Below are positions 43,289 to 52,855 of a stretch of DNA of 64,000 bases, one piece after another. The translations under genes were made by a program, and so were the position numbers. Every line of letters begins with the position of its first letter. Position 1 is the first letter of the stretch. Source of the DNA: Candidatus Bathyarchaeota archaeon (GTDB taxonomy: Archaea > Thermoproteota > Bathyarchaeia > Bathyarchaeales > Bathycorpusculaceae); contig CAWABA010000006.1 in assembly GCA_963780185.1 (NCBI GenBank), positions 608,001 through 672,000 of the forward strand, read 5' to 3'. Under the pieces are notes generated by a model. That model saw only the letters and a list, made by a program, of their open reading frames with translations. It did not search any database and had not been told where the DNA came from.

Positions 43289-44107
43289 TTATGGAGCGAT
43301 TTTTATTGATGTCATTGTTAGTGAGCCTGCGACTGGTTTGTCGTTGAAGAACGTTATTATCTCGTTTTTTTCTTTCAGCGCCAAGGCGTAGAGCAGGGGC
43401 AGATAATGTTCGGGCGTGGGTATAGCCAAGTTGAACGCGGTGCCTTGGGAGCGATAATTAATTAGCTGCTCATGCTCGCCGTTTAGGATATGTTTCTTCA
43501 TTTTCTCGTTGGCTTCAAGAGCCCAATCGTACCCGTACCCTGCCATGTCCATGTTCTCCCAGTCAACCAGTCCCAGATTATGCACCATGTTCCCGCTTCC
43601 AACAATCAACACGCCCTGCCTGCGAAGCGACGAAAGCTGCCTAGCCAGCGAGTAATGAAATTCCGCGTCTTTGAAGTGATCCAGGCTAAGCTGCACAATT
43701 GGGACATCGGCGTCGGGGTAAAAATGTTTCAGCACGATCCAGCAGCCGTGATCGAGACCCCACTCGTAATCCAGCTTTACGTCGGCTTTTTTGACGGTGT
43801 CCGCGACTTCTTTGGCAATGGCTAGACTGCCTGGTGCGGGGTATTGCACGTTGCAGAGTTCTTGTGGGAACCCGTAGAAGTCATGGATGGTTTTTGGTTG
43901 ATCCATCGCGGTTACAGCGGTGCCGCGTGTTTCCCAATGAGCCGACACACACAGCACTGCGGTAGGCTTGGGAATCGTCGCCGCAGCCTCCCTGAAGCCC
44001 TCTACAAACTCGTTTTCTTCGATGGCGTTCATGGGGCTGCCGTGACCTACAAACAGCACAGGCATCGGCTTTTCGCCTTTTGAGCCGCTGGTTTTTTCAT
44101 TTGCCAT
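43289..44107 (-). CDS. 4,5-DOPA extradiol dioxygenase (YgiD/LigB family)
   Basis: GHGSPMNA, SAHW, IHDFYGFP, GLDHG, GSGNMVHNL, PTPEHYLPL. Confidence 0.92.
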   Translation of the reverse strand: MANEKTSGSKGEKPMPVLFVGHGSPMNAIEENEFVEGFREAAATIPKPTAVLCVSAHWETRGTAVTAMDQPKTIHDFYGFPQELCNVQYPAPGSLAIAKEVADTVKKADVKLDYEWGLDHGCWIVLKHFYPDADVPIVQLSLDHFKDAEFHYSLARQLSSLRRQGVLIVGSGNMVHNLGLVDWENMDMAGYGYDWALEANEKMKKHILNGEHEQLINYRSQGTAFNLAIPTPEHYLPLLYALALKEKNEIITFFNDKPVAGSLTMTSIKIAP

Positions 44108-44329
44108 TCTGTTAGCCGATAGATACAGGCGGAGAATGTTTCAATAAACTTTTCTTTAGCAAGATGTAACAAGCCAAATTGGACAGACGCGTCACGGTTT
44201 TTGCGTCTATTTGGTTCATCTAGATGTCCCTATTTGGATCCTATAGAAAACCGTCGGGGGGCTGGGTACGAAAAAATAAAAAGCTGCCCGTGGAAAAACC
44301 AGCCCGAAAAAACAAGCCAGCCCTTTTCT

Positions 44330-44569
44330 TCAGCTTTTTGCCGAGGTTTTGGAGGTTGCCATTTCGGCGAAGTCGTAGCGTAGGAGTCGGTGTTTGCATT
44401 TGGTGTTTTTGCAGCCGTAGAGGAATAGGTTGGGGTTGCCGTGGTTGACGGTTAGGGCTTGGGTGGTGGATTTGCAGTTGGCGCAGGGTGCGGCGCGGAC
44501 TTGATCGTTTGTTATGTAGCCTTGGAGGAGCCTGACGCTCCATGGTTTATCCTTAAAAGAAGTCAACAC
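44330..44569 (-). CDS. small zinc-finger-like protein
   Basis: CANC...CKNTKC; GAGGTGA SD upstream; preceded by palindromic element copy 4. Confidence 0.6.
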   Translation of the reverse strand: MLTSFKDKPWSVRLLQGYITNDQVRAAPCANCKSTTQALTVNHGNPNLFLYGCKNTKCKHRLLRYDFAEMATSKTSAKS

Positions 44570-44656
44570 AAAAAATCACCTCAGCAAAACGGGGTTGCCA
44601 CGTGTGGGGACCGCCAAATCCAGCCAACACCATATGTTTAGACAAATAAATCGGTT

Positions 44657-44680
44657 TGTGACTGTCAAATCACAGCAACG
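44657..44680 (-). promoter_or_regulatory. palindromic upstream element, copy 4
   Basis: Minus strand reads CGTTGCTGT-GATTTG-ACAGTCACA then ATTTATTT. Confidence 0.65.
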
Positions 44681-44882
44681 CCCAACAAACCACGCGCCGA
44701 AGAGAAACCAAAGCATGCCTTCTCAAAAACCAAACCCAAACCCGCCAAACCCAAAACCCAAAAACCAGCAAAAACAAACTTTTCCTCCAGCTTCGGCGTC
44801 CTGATTCTGGATACTGACGGCGATTTCATAAGTTAGTTAAACACCGTCAACCAACAAGTCAGCGTAATATGGAGGAAAAAAA

Positions 44883-45062
44883 ATGAAAAATCTTGAAGAA
44901 AAAGACCGAAAACAGTTAGAAGCCAAAATGGCAAACGCCTTTCAAGAAAATATTCGTCAATTGTCAACAGAATTGCGTGAAATATTGCTAGATGACATGG
45001 TTACAGCATTCGAAAATAGACTAAAAGTGTTAAACCGCATAGGCAAAGAACCCCAAAACTAA
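44883..45062 (+). CDS. 59-aa hypothetical helical protein (below ORF-track cutoff)
   Basis: GGAGG SD; MKNLEEKDRKQLEAKMANAF...LLDDMVTAFENRLKVL. Confidence 0.65.
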   Translation: MKNLEEKDRKQLEAKMANAFQENIRQLSTELREILLDDMVTAFENRLKVLNRIGKEPQN

Positions 45063-45148
45063 CGCCGACAATGGACACCAATATTGATCCTCAATACATA
45101 AATGATTTATATATAAACCGATTACTAACTAAAAAAAGAGGAGTATAA

Positions 45149-45442
45149 GTGCGTCGATCAAAACTCGAAATGTATGTAGACATCCTATCAGTACTCGCCC
45201 ACAGAGGACCACTAAAACTGACACACGTAATGTACAAAGCAAACGTCAACTGCAGCGTCCTCAAAGAATACCTCGACTTCCTCATAAAACAAGGCCTAGT
45301 AGAAGAACGCACCGCAGGCAAACACCGACTCGTCTACGCAGTAACACAACGAGGCATAACAGTACTGAAATACTTCAAAGAACTAAAACAAGTCCTACCA
45401 ATAGTAGAGGAAGCCCGAAACCAAACACCAATCCCCTACTAA
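45149..45442 (+). CDS. archaeal winged-helix regulator
   Basis: RRSKLEMYVDIL..THVMYKANVN..YL.FL...YAVTQRG. Confidence 0.88.
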   Translation: MRRSKLEMYVDILSVLAHRGPLKLTHVMYKANVNCSVLKEYLDFLIKQGLVEERTAGKHRLVYAVTQRGITVLKYFKELKQVLPIVEEARNQTPIPY

Positions 45443-45652
45443 ACCTCACCACCCAATTTACCTCAATTCCAGCGAATCGTTTAATTTTCAATCAATTGTT
45501 TAATACTGAAAACATTGTTTTTTTTATTTGCTGTTTTGCGGTTGTGACTTAGTTGTTTGAAATATGTACTTCTGTTTCGTAATACTTAATAAACACTTAA
45601 GGGAACTGTAGATGTGCAAAACAAGTCAGGGGGTCTTGGTATTAAAGAGCAA

Positions 45653-46021
45653 ATGACGACCAAAGGGCCGATAGCCATTCTTGAGAAGATTGAGGAGAGT
45701 CTTGAGAGGTTGAATGAGAAGATGGAGGTTATTATTGAGATTCAGAAGAGTGGTGGTGATGGTGGGCGTGGGTCTGTTGTGTTGCCTGATGCGTCTTTGG
45801 ATGTTATGACGCTTTTGTCTATGCCGGATCATTTGCGTAAGACTGCGATGACGATTTGTCGTTGTGGTCGTGCGACTGCTGAGGAGATTTCTGTGTCTAC
45901 TTGTCGTGCGCGTGCGGTTGAGAGTGCGTATCTTAATCAGTTGGTGCTTATGGGGTATCTCAAGAAGGAGCGTAAGGGTCGGAAGGCTTATTTTTTTGTT
46001 GATGTTGAGGGGAGGAGTTGA
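45653..46021 (+). CDS. coiled-coil plus winged-helix protein
   Basis: N-terminal heptads; ATAEEIS..RARAVESAYLNQLV.MGYL. Confidence 0.75.
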   Translation: MTTKGPIAILEKIEESLERLNEKMEVIIEIQKSGGDGGRGSVVLPDASLDVMTLLSMPDHLRKTAMTICRCGRATAEEISVSTCRARAVESAYLNQLVLMGYLKKERKGRKAYFFVDVEGRS

Positions 46022-46806
46022 TGGGTTTGAGTAGGGTTATTGCTGTTCATTCGTATAAGGGTGGGACGGGTAAGACGTTGTTGTCGGTGAATTTGGCGGC
46101 GACGCTTGCGAAGGCAGGTAGAAAAGTCTGTGTTTTTGACCTTGACTTTCGTGCGCCAAGTCTCTTCGCTATCCTTAACGCTGAATCCGCCGGGCACTGG
46201 TTTAACGATTACCTCAACAACACTGCTGACATCGGCTCAGTTATGGTGGATTTAAGCGGACGCATCTCGGGCGGAGGCAAATTTTATGCTGCTTTGGCTA
46301 ATCCGGCGACGGAGGCGATCCGTGACATGTCATCGAAGGATCGGAAATGGGAAATGCGCGCGCTGGGCCGCCTGCTTGCGTTGAAGGAAACGTTGCTTGC
46401 CAGCCAAAAATTCGATTACCTGTTCTTCGACACGAGTCCAGGCTTGCAGTATTCGTCGATAAACGCGATTGTCGCGGCAGACTTTGTGATTGTGGCGACC
46501 ACAGGCGACCGCTCCGACGTGGACGGAACCAAACGCATGCTTGCCGAACTGTATAACCTGTTTGAGAAGAAGACGGGGTTGGTTCTGAACAAAGTGCTTG
46601 ATGCATCTGCCACCGCCAAGAAAGCGGAGATGGCTGCAAAAATCAAAGACGCCTACCAAGTGCCCCTGCTCGGCTTAGTGCCCTGCTTCTGCGAAGTTCT
46701 CCGCGCCGAAGGCAACTTCATATTCGCCGAAGACAAACCCAACCACCCATTCACCAAAATCCTCACGGAAATGGCCAAAAAAATAGAAACCCACGAACTA
46801 GAATAA
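46021..46806 (+). CDS. MinD/ParA-family ATPase
   Basis: KGGTGKT, DLDFRAP, DTSPG. Confidence 0.9.
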   Translation: MGLSRVIAVHSYKGGTGKTLLSVNLAATLAKAGRKVCVFDLDFRAPSLFAILNAESAGHWFNDYLNNTADIGSVMVDLSGRISGGGKFYAALANPATEAIRDMSSKDRKWEMRALGRLLALKETLLASQKFDYLFFDTSPGLQYSSINAIVAADFVIVATTGDRSDVDGTKRMLAELYNLFEKKTGLVLNKVLDASATAKKAEMAAKIKDAYQVPLLGLVPCFCEVLRAEGNFIFAEDKPNHPFTKILTEMAKKIETHELE

Positions 46807-46897
46807 CCCAACCCACACCCACCTTTCTTTAGGCATCCAACACTTCCACTGCCTTTCACGTGTACCCAGCCGACCACCCAACGTTTTCCTTAACTGC

Positions 46898-47164
46898 CTA
46901 CGCAAAGACCCGCATTTCACCCGGCTTCGTTTTAGACCCAGAAATCAACAACGACCCATTGTCTTCATCCAAAACAAAACCATGTTTCCTCACAAGCGCC
47001 TGCACATCCGTAAGGTTCCTTCCGTCAAGAAAATCAACATTTATCTTCAGCTCAAAATCCTTCCGAGAAACCTTATTCGGCGACAACGAAATGCTGCTTA
47101 CAAAAGCGTCTGGCATACACTTGCAAATCTCTTTGAAAATCTTAACAGCCTCGCGCCTACGCAT
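46898..47164 (-). CDS. hypothetical protein
   Basis: MRRREAVKIFKEICKCMP...; plausible ATG at 47164. Confidence 0.55.
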   Translation of the reverse strand: MRRREAVKIFKEICKCMPDAFVSSISLSPNKVSRKDFELKINVDFLDGRNLTDVQALVRKHGFVLDEDNGSLLISGSKTKPGEMRVFA

Positions 47165-47451
47165 GAAGCACACACGCAAATCACAAAGTATACAGCGACA
47201 GCTTAAGACAATTACTGACAAGCAAAAGTCAAAAAACACACGCGGGAACCTAAGCGTCAACATTCTTTTTGACAGGGCGTAATGGAAATTTTGCCTGAAA
47301 GAGAAATCGACGTACTTACTGGACAAAGTTAACTCATAGATGAACAATTGGCTGTCTCTGCATGCGCCATTTGCCACTTTTGTGGCAGACGTTTGGTTGA
47401 CTTCAGGGATAACTTCTATGCTATTCTGCCATCCAAGCGTCAACAAGCCTC

Positions 47452-48921
47452 TTAAAGAATGAAGGCTCCTACACCCGGCGGCGCCGCGCTCCCAGCAGCC
47501 TTACACGCCAGCGCCAACGCCATCAACTGGTCATCATGCTTCCCAATCGGATGCCAAAACTTTAGGTGAATCCGCTCCTGAGCCGTCCTCGGCTGCAAAT
47601 ACGCATACTCCTGCTCGTTAAGCTGCACAACCAGCGCCTTGTCGTCTCCAGCAATTTTGAGGCGCTTCTTCTCCATGAAGAGTTTGAGCTGGTTTAGCAT
47701 GTTTTCTTTTTCTGCGTCCGTGAAGAAGACGCCTTCAACCGAAGGAATGCTGATGTTGTTGAGTTCATCCACGATGGCGTCACCTATCCCGCCCTTATCA
47801 ACGTTTAGCCGCTCAAAATGGAAAACCTGCTCTGCCCGAGCCACGTAGCCGATGACCTCGGGGTAGCTGGTTCCCAGCGGAAACTGCCGCTTGTGGACAA
47901 GCCTTACGTCGCCGTTGTAGCTTTTCTGAACCACGGCAAGCACGCTAAAATCCATCTGTTTGCCAAGGTCTAAGCCCGCGTAGCAGGGTCCGAGGAGCTT
48001 CTGTTCGGGCTTGAGTTTCTCGATGTCTTCCACGTAAGCTTTGGCTGAATCTGGGTTGCCCAGCTCGGGATCAACACAGCCCACAATCAAGTCCATCGGG
48101 AAAAACGTATGCGTCGCCTCAACCCACAACCCCTCAACCTCACGCTGCCACTCCTCATGAGTCATAACCTCCTTCCACTCGTCAAGTTGGGCGGGGCTTA
48201 CCAGCGGGCTTTGGTAGCTGGCATAGTGGTGTACGCTGTAGCGTTTGGTGTCCAAAAACGCCTTGCGGAAAACATGGTCAGAACCCATCGGCGTCCCACT
48301 CATAACCAAGCTTGCGCCGGGTTTGGTGAGCATCATCATTATCTCGCTGGTTATCATTTCGCCTGGAACGATTGATGCCTCGTCAATGAAGACGTAGTCG
48401 GGGTGGTAGCCTCTGAGCCTATCTTTAGAGCATGGAAGAGCAACAATCCTCCCGCCCAAAGGCCGCTTCAGCCTTATTTGAGTGCGGGTTGTTCCAGGCT
48501 TCAAAACCATTTCCCTAAGCAACGGGTTACCATGGATAGTTGAGTAGCAGTAATCAAACATAATCATCGATTGCCGCTGAGTGCTGCTAATGATAAGGCT
48601 CTCTATCTTCGGCTTCGTGTATAAGAGCCAAAGGTTTTTTCTGCTAAAAACAAGGCTTTTACCCCAACCTCTCCCGCAAACAGCCACCTGCCTCGGGCTA
48701 CTATCCCGAAGGAGTTTCTGATGCTCAGGCGCGTTGATTAGCCATTTGTCGCCGCACATCAAAATGGCGAAGAAAACAGGGTCAGCGACAAGTTTAGATG
48801 CTACCTCTTTATGGGAAAGCAACTCTTTTAGGGCAGCTGGCTTTTCCAGCAACCTCTCGCAAATGGACGCCGCAAACGTTGGGTCGCTTGTTACCTGTGA
48901 TATGAAAGCCGTCTCTTCCAA
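47452..48921 (-). CDS. phage terminase large subunit (ATPase plus RNase H-like nuclease)
   Basis: Walker A CGRGWGKS, LRG, Walker B VFIDEA, motif III SGTP, nuclease GLDLGK..D and HDD..MALALA. Confidence 0.9.
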   Translation of the reverse strand: MEETAFISQVTSDPTFAASICERLLEKPAALKELLSHKEVASKLVADPVFFAILMCGDKWLINAPEHQKLLRDSSPRQVAVCGRGWGKSLVFSRKNLWLLYTKPKIESLIISSTQRQSMIMFDYCYSTIHGNPLLREMVLKPGTTRTQIRLKRPLGGRIVALPCSKDRLRGYHPDYVFIDEASIVPGEMITSEIMMMLTKPGASLVMSGTPMGSDHVFRKAFLDTKRYSVHHYASYQSPLVSPAQLDEWKEVMTHEEWQREVEGLWVEATHTFFPMDLIVGCVDPELGNPDSAKAYVEDIEKLKPEQKLLGPCYAGLDLGKQMDFSVLAVVQKSYNGDVRLVHKRQFPLGTSYPEVIGYVARAEQVFHFERLNVDKGGIGDAIVDELNNISIPSVEGVFFTDAEKENMLNQLKLFMEKKRLKIAGDDKALVVQLNEQEYAYLQPRTAQERIHLKFWHPIGKHDDQLMALALACKAAGSAAPPGVGAFIL

Positions 48922-49199
48922 GTCTTATAGTCCCTTCTGATTAACCTGCGCGCCTGAGGAGTAACGTCTCGGATAAAGTCGCCGAGAGTCGAATCGCTGA
49001 ACTCTGATTCTAGCCCTTTCTGATTTATCAACTTGTTCAAAAGGCTCGCATGATAGGCAATAGCATTTGCAACCCGCGTCTTCTCCTCTATGGAAAGCTC
49101 TTTCTTCTTTAGAGTCCTCTTCAATTCACGAAGAATCTCCCACTCAAGACTGATTAGTCTATCCTGATTAGGTGGCGGTCGCCTTGTGTTTGAATGCAA
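48891..49199 (-). CDS. putative terminase small subunit
   Basis: 102-aa basic helical ORF overlapping the terL start; GGGAGGT SD; assignment is positional. Confidence 0.55.
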   Translation of the reverse strand: MHSNTRRPPPNQDRLISLEWEILRELKRTLKKKELSIEEKTRVANAIAYHASLLNKLINQKGLESEFSDSTLGDFIRDVTPQARRLIRRDYKTWKRRLSYHR

Positions 49200-49418
49200 C
49201 GTCTACCTCCCGGTCTACTAGATGCTTCTAATATGCTTCAAATATGATTCAACATGGTTCAACATAGAAGTTGACTGCGTGAGTTTGCATGTTGAATTGA
49301 TGCTTTTTAACATACTAAACGCCTCGTTTTACATAGCAGAAATGTCGAGTCGGTTGTTTTCCCTAATAAGCCGACTACAGAAAAGACATACCCAACCAGT
49401 GGAGGGATAACTGAAAGT
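49188..49418 (-). repeat. 231-bp inverted repeat, copy B (upstream region of terS-terL)
   Basis: See copy A; includes the SD and first four codons of the terS-like ORF. Confidence 0.95.
49336..49418 (+). ncRNA. candidate structured RNA or 5' leader, transcribed outward; second copy at 43025-43107 on minus strand
   Basis: TTTTTAA at 49304; two stems with four compensatory changes between the copies. Confidence 0.5.
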
Positions 49419-49566
49419 AAGCTATCTTATTTTTTGAACCGCACACCTTTTTTTACTACAGGGTCTGTAGTGCTACAGGGTGTTTAGTAAATGCCGAAAA
49501 AACTTTTTGTTCTAGTCCTGATTCAATAGCAAACTTTATTTCCAGAAATAAGAGAATGAGACGGCT

Positions 49567-52392
49567 ATGGACAAGAACTTCGCTTTGGAAAAAGTCAAAG
49601 CCCTCACCGAAAAATATCAAGAAGCTGTGAAAGAGGGAAGGATCGCAAAGTACAATGAGGAAATGACTAAGAAGGATTTCATTCTTCCCTTGTTTGAGGC
49701 TCTCGGCTGGAAAACCACAGATTCAAGAGAAGTAACAGCCGAAGAGAAAATATCCAAGAAGAGAGTTGATTACGGTTTCAGGATTAACGATATTCCAAAA
49801 TTCTTCCTAGAAGCTAAATCGTTCAAAGAAGACCTGGACGAGAGAAAATACATTGAACAAGCCATAAGTTATTCTTGGCATAAAGGATGCACTTGGGCAG
49901 TATTAACAAATTTTGAAAGCGTAAAAATCTTTAATGCCGAAGTCAAAACCGAACACCCCTAGATGAGTCAACTTAAACCAACACTCCATTGTAACGAGTT
50001 TTTGGATAAATTTGATGAACTTTCGCTTCTGTCAAGAGAAAGTTTCGAAAAAGAACTTTTAGATAAAGAGGCAGAGAAATGGGGCAAAAAAGCAAAGAAA
50101 ATGCCCATCGATAAGCAACTGTTGGCTGACTTTACGCATTTCCGAGATATTCTTTCCAGGAACATTACAAAGCTCAATGGAAATAAGCATTTGAGCGAAG
50201 AAGAATTGGATGAATCGGTTCAGAGAATCTTAGACAGGCTAATTTTTATTAGGAATTGTGAAGATCGGGAACTTGAGCCTAAGATTCTCATCTCGAATTA
50301 TAGAGAATGGGAAAGTAAAGGCAGAGGGCAACTAATCAATAGTCTAAGAGAAACATTTTCTCACTTTGACGATGAATACAACAGTAAGATATTTGCTAAG
50401 CGCTTATGTGATGACTTGGATGTAGACAATGAAGTTCTGCATGAGGTAATAGAAGGGTTATACCGCAACAAAGACAATGAACCTTATGATTTTGCAATAA
50501 TTGATGCGGATGTTCTTGGGACAATTTATGAACAGTATTTAGGACATATTCTAAGAAAGACGGAAAAAAGAGCAAAAGTGACTGAAAACCATGCTCATAG
50601 GAAGGAACAGGGCATCTATTATACCCCAACTTTCATTGTAAAATACATAGTAGATAAAACCTTAGGAGAATTATTAAAAAGTAAAAAAATAGATGTTGAG
50701 AAAATCAGGGTTCTAGACCCTGCTTGTGGGTCTGGAAGCTTTCTGATAAAAGCTTTTGATGTGCTGAATGATTATTACAAAGAACACGACGAGAACTATA
50801 AGCAAACTCGACTAGATTTGGAATCAGGTATCCTCTTTAAAACAAAAAGTAGAATCTTGCAGAATAACATCTTTGGAGCTGACTTAGATAAGCAGGCAGT
50901 TGAAATTGCACAGCTTAATCTGCTATTAAAAATAGCAGAAAAAGGGCATCGTCTCCCATTGTTGGAACAAAACATCAAAAAAGGTAACTCAATAGTTGAT
51001 GAGGAAAAGACAGCAGGTTCAGTTGCCTTTGATTGGAACCAAGAATTCAAAGCAATTATGGATGAAGGTGGCTTTGATGTCGTAATTGGGAACCCACCGT
51101 ATGTTCGGCAAGAGGAATTGACTGAAATAAAGCCATACCTTGAGGCAACCTACGAAACCTACCATGGAATGGCGGACTTGTTCGTATATTTCTTTGAAAA
51201 AGAATTGAAGATACTTAAAGAAAATGGTTACTTTGGCATGATTGTTTCTAACAAATGGCTTAGAGCAGGTTATGGACGGAATCTTAGAAAATTCTTATCA
51301 GAATTCTGGATTGAAGAATTAATTGATTTTGGAGATTTGCCAGTATTCCCTGATGCGACAATATACCCTTGCATAATTCTAATGAAGAAAATTAAGAAGC
51401 AAAATCCGAAAATAAGAATCTGTAAAATGCAAACGTTGGAATTTGGTTCTCTTGAGGCTTATGTAAAAGACAATTCCTATTCAATTAACCAACCCGACTT
51501 GAGCGAAAAAGAATGGAACATTCAGAATAAAGGGGGGAATGAGTTACTTAGGAAAATACGGAATACAGGGATTTTAATTGAAGAGTATGTTGGCTCCAAT
51601 GTGTATTACGGTATCAAGACAGGTCTAAATGAAGCATTTATTATTGATGCGAAAAAGAGAGATGAGTTAATACATGAAGATTCAAAAAATCAGGAAATTA
51701 TCAAACCAATCATTAGCGGGGCGGAACTAAAACGGTATTCAATTAGGTCAAAGAAAAACTACATACTTTTTGCAAGAAGAGGTGTGGATATATCCCAATA
51801 TCCGTCCATTTTAAAACATCTGGAACAATTCAAAAATCAATTAACTCCTAAAAGAAGCAGAGACCAAGAAATTGGGCGAAAGCCTGGTCATTATAAATGG
51901 TATGAAATGCAAGACCCCACTGATTATTATAAGAAATTTGAAGAACCAAAGATACTGTGGGGAAATCTTACAACAAGGTCATCATTCTCTCTTGATGAGG
52001 TAAGCGGATTTTATGTCAATAATCCCGCATGTATTTTGCCAACCAATTCTAGATACGTTCTTGGCATCTTAAATTCTAAGCTGATGTCCTATTTTCTGAA
52101 ATCTATCTGTGCAGAAAGGCAGGGTGGCTTCATTGAGCAGAAGCCCGTTTACGTTTCTCAAGTTCGAATTAAGAAACCGACTGAAGCGCAAGAAATTGGT
52201 TTAACCCTGCAAGTGGAAAAAATGCTTCAGCTTAATGAAAAGCTACTTGAGATTGGCGACAAATTAACAGATGAACGCGCAAAAATTGAAAACGAAATAA
52301 AGAAAACTGATTCGACAATTGACGATTATGTTTACGCGATTTACGGCATAACTGACGCAGAGAAGAAAATCATAGAAAGTAATTCACAGTAA
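49567..52392 (+). CDS. Type IIG restriction-modification enzyme (REase, m6A MTase, TRD) interrupted by an in-frame TAG at 49960
   Basis: E..TK..FI.P, VDY..LEAK nuclease; GIYYTP, DPACGSG, NPPY; TaqI_C-like C-terminus; AT-rich relative to flanks. Confidence 0.9.
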
Positions 52393-52420
52393 GAAAATTA
52401 CCTAATCGGATGGATAATCT

Positions 52421-52855
52421 GTGGATAAACGAGTCTTGAATTGGTTACTAGAAAACAAAGGCAAAGTCTTTCCCTCGCCTAGAGATGAGGCGTTTGGAAG
52501 CAATACCAAAGATTTTGAAATAAGCAGTATTACGCAAGGTCGGGTCTACATAAAATTTGGCGGAAATAAATACGAAGCTTTACCGTTAGTTTTCCCAATG
52601 TTTGACCGCATTTTGGACTACTTGGCGAAAAACAAAACTAGGGCAGTTCGTATTGGTGCAAAAATCATTCCGCCGTACGACAACGACTCTCTTGAAGGTG
52701 CCATTTGGAAAGAACCGTATCCAGTTGGCACTGTTCCATACAAGGCATCCCCGCATGTATGTGACATTTTGTGTTTAGCTGGTTTAATCAAGTACGTTTC
52801 TGCGATTAATCCGATGACAGGCAGACGAGTGCAAGCCGTCAAGCTCAGAGAGTGA
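52421..52855 (+). CDS. hypothetical protein (defence-island context)
   Basis: Clean ORF; GTGA overlap with next gene. Confidence 0.6.
   Translation: MDKRVLNWLLENKGKVFPSPRDEAFGSNTKDFEISSITQGRVYIKFGGNKYEALPLVFPMFDRILDYLAKNKTRAVRIGAKIIPPYDNDSLEGAIWKEPYPVGTVPYKASPHVCDILCLAGLIKYVSAINPMTGRRVQAVKLRE

Noticed and set aside
44200-44275. ORB-like replication origin (CTATTTGG repeats plus G-string)
   Set aside because: Poor match to the ORB consensus, no inverted partner around a DUE, and no cdc6/orc1 nearby
49385-49418. CRISPR-like 3' handle ACTGAAAG after a leader-like region
   Set aside because: Only one unit per locus, no repeat-spacer periodicity, and no cas genes in the window
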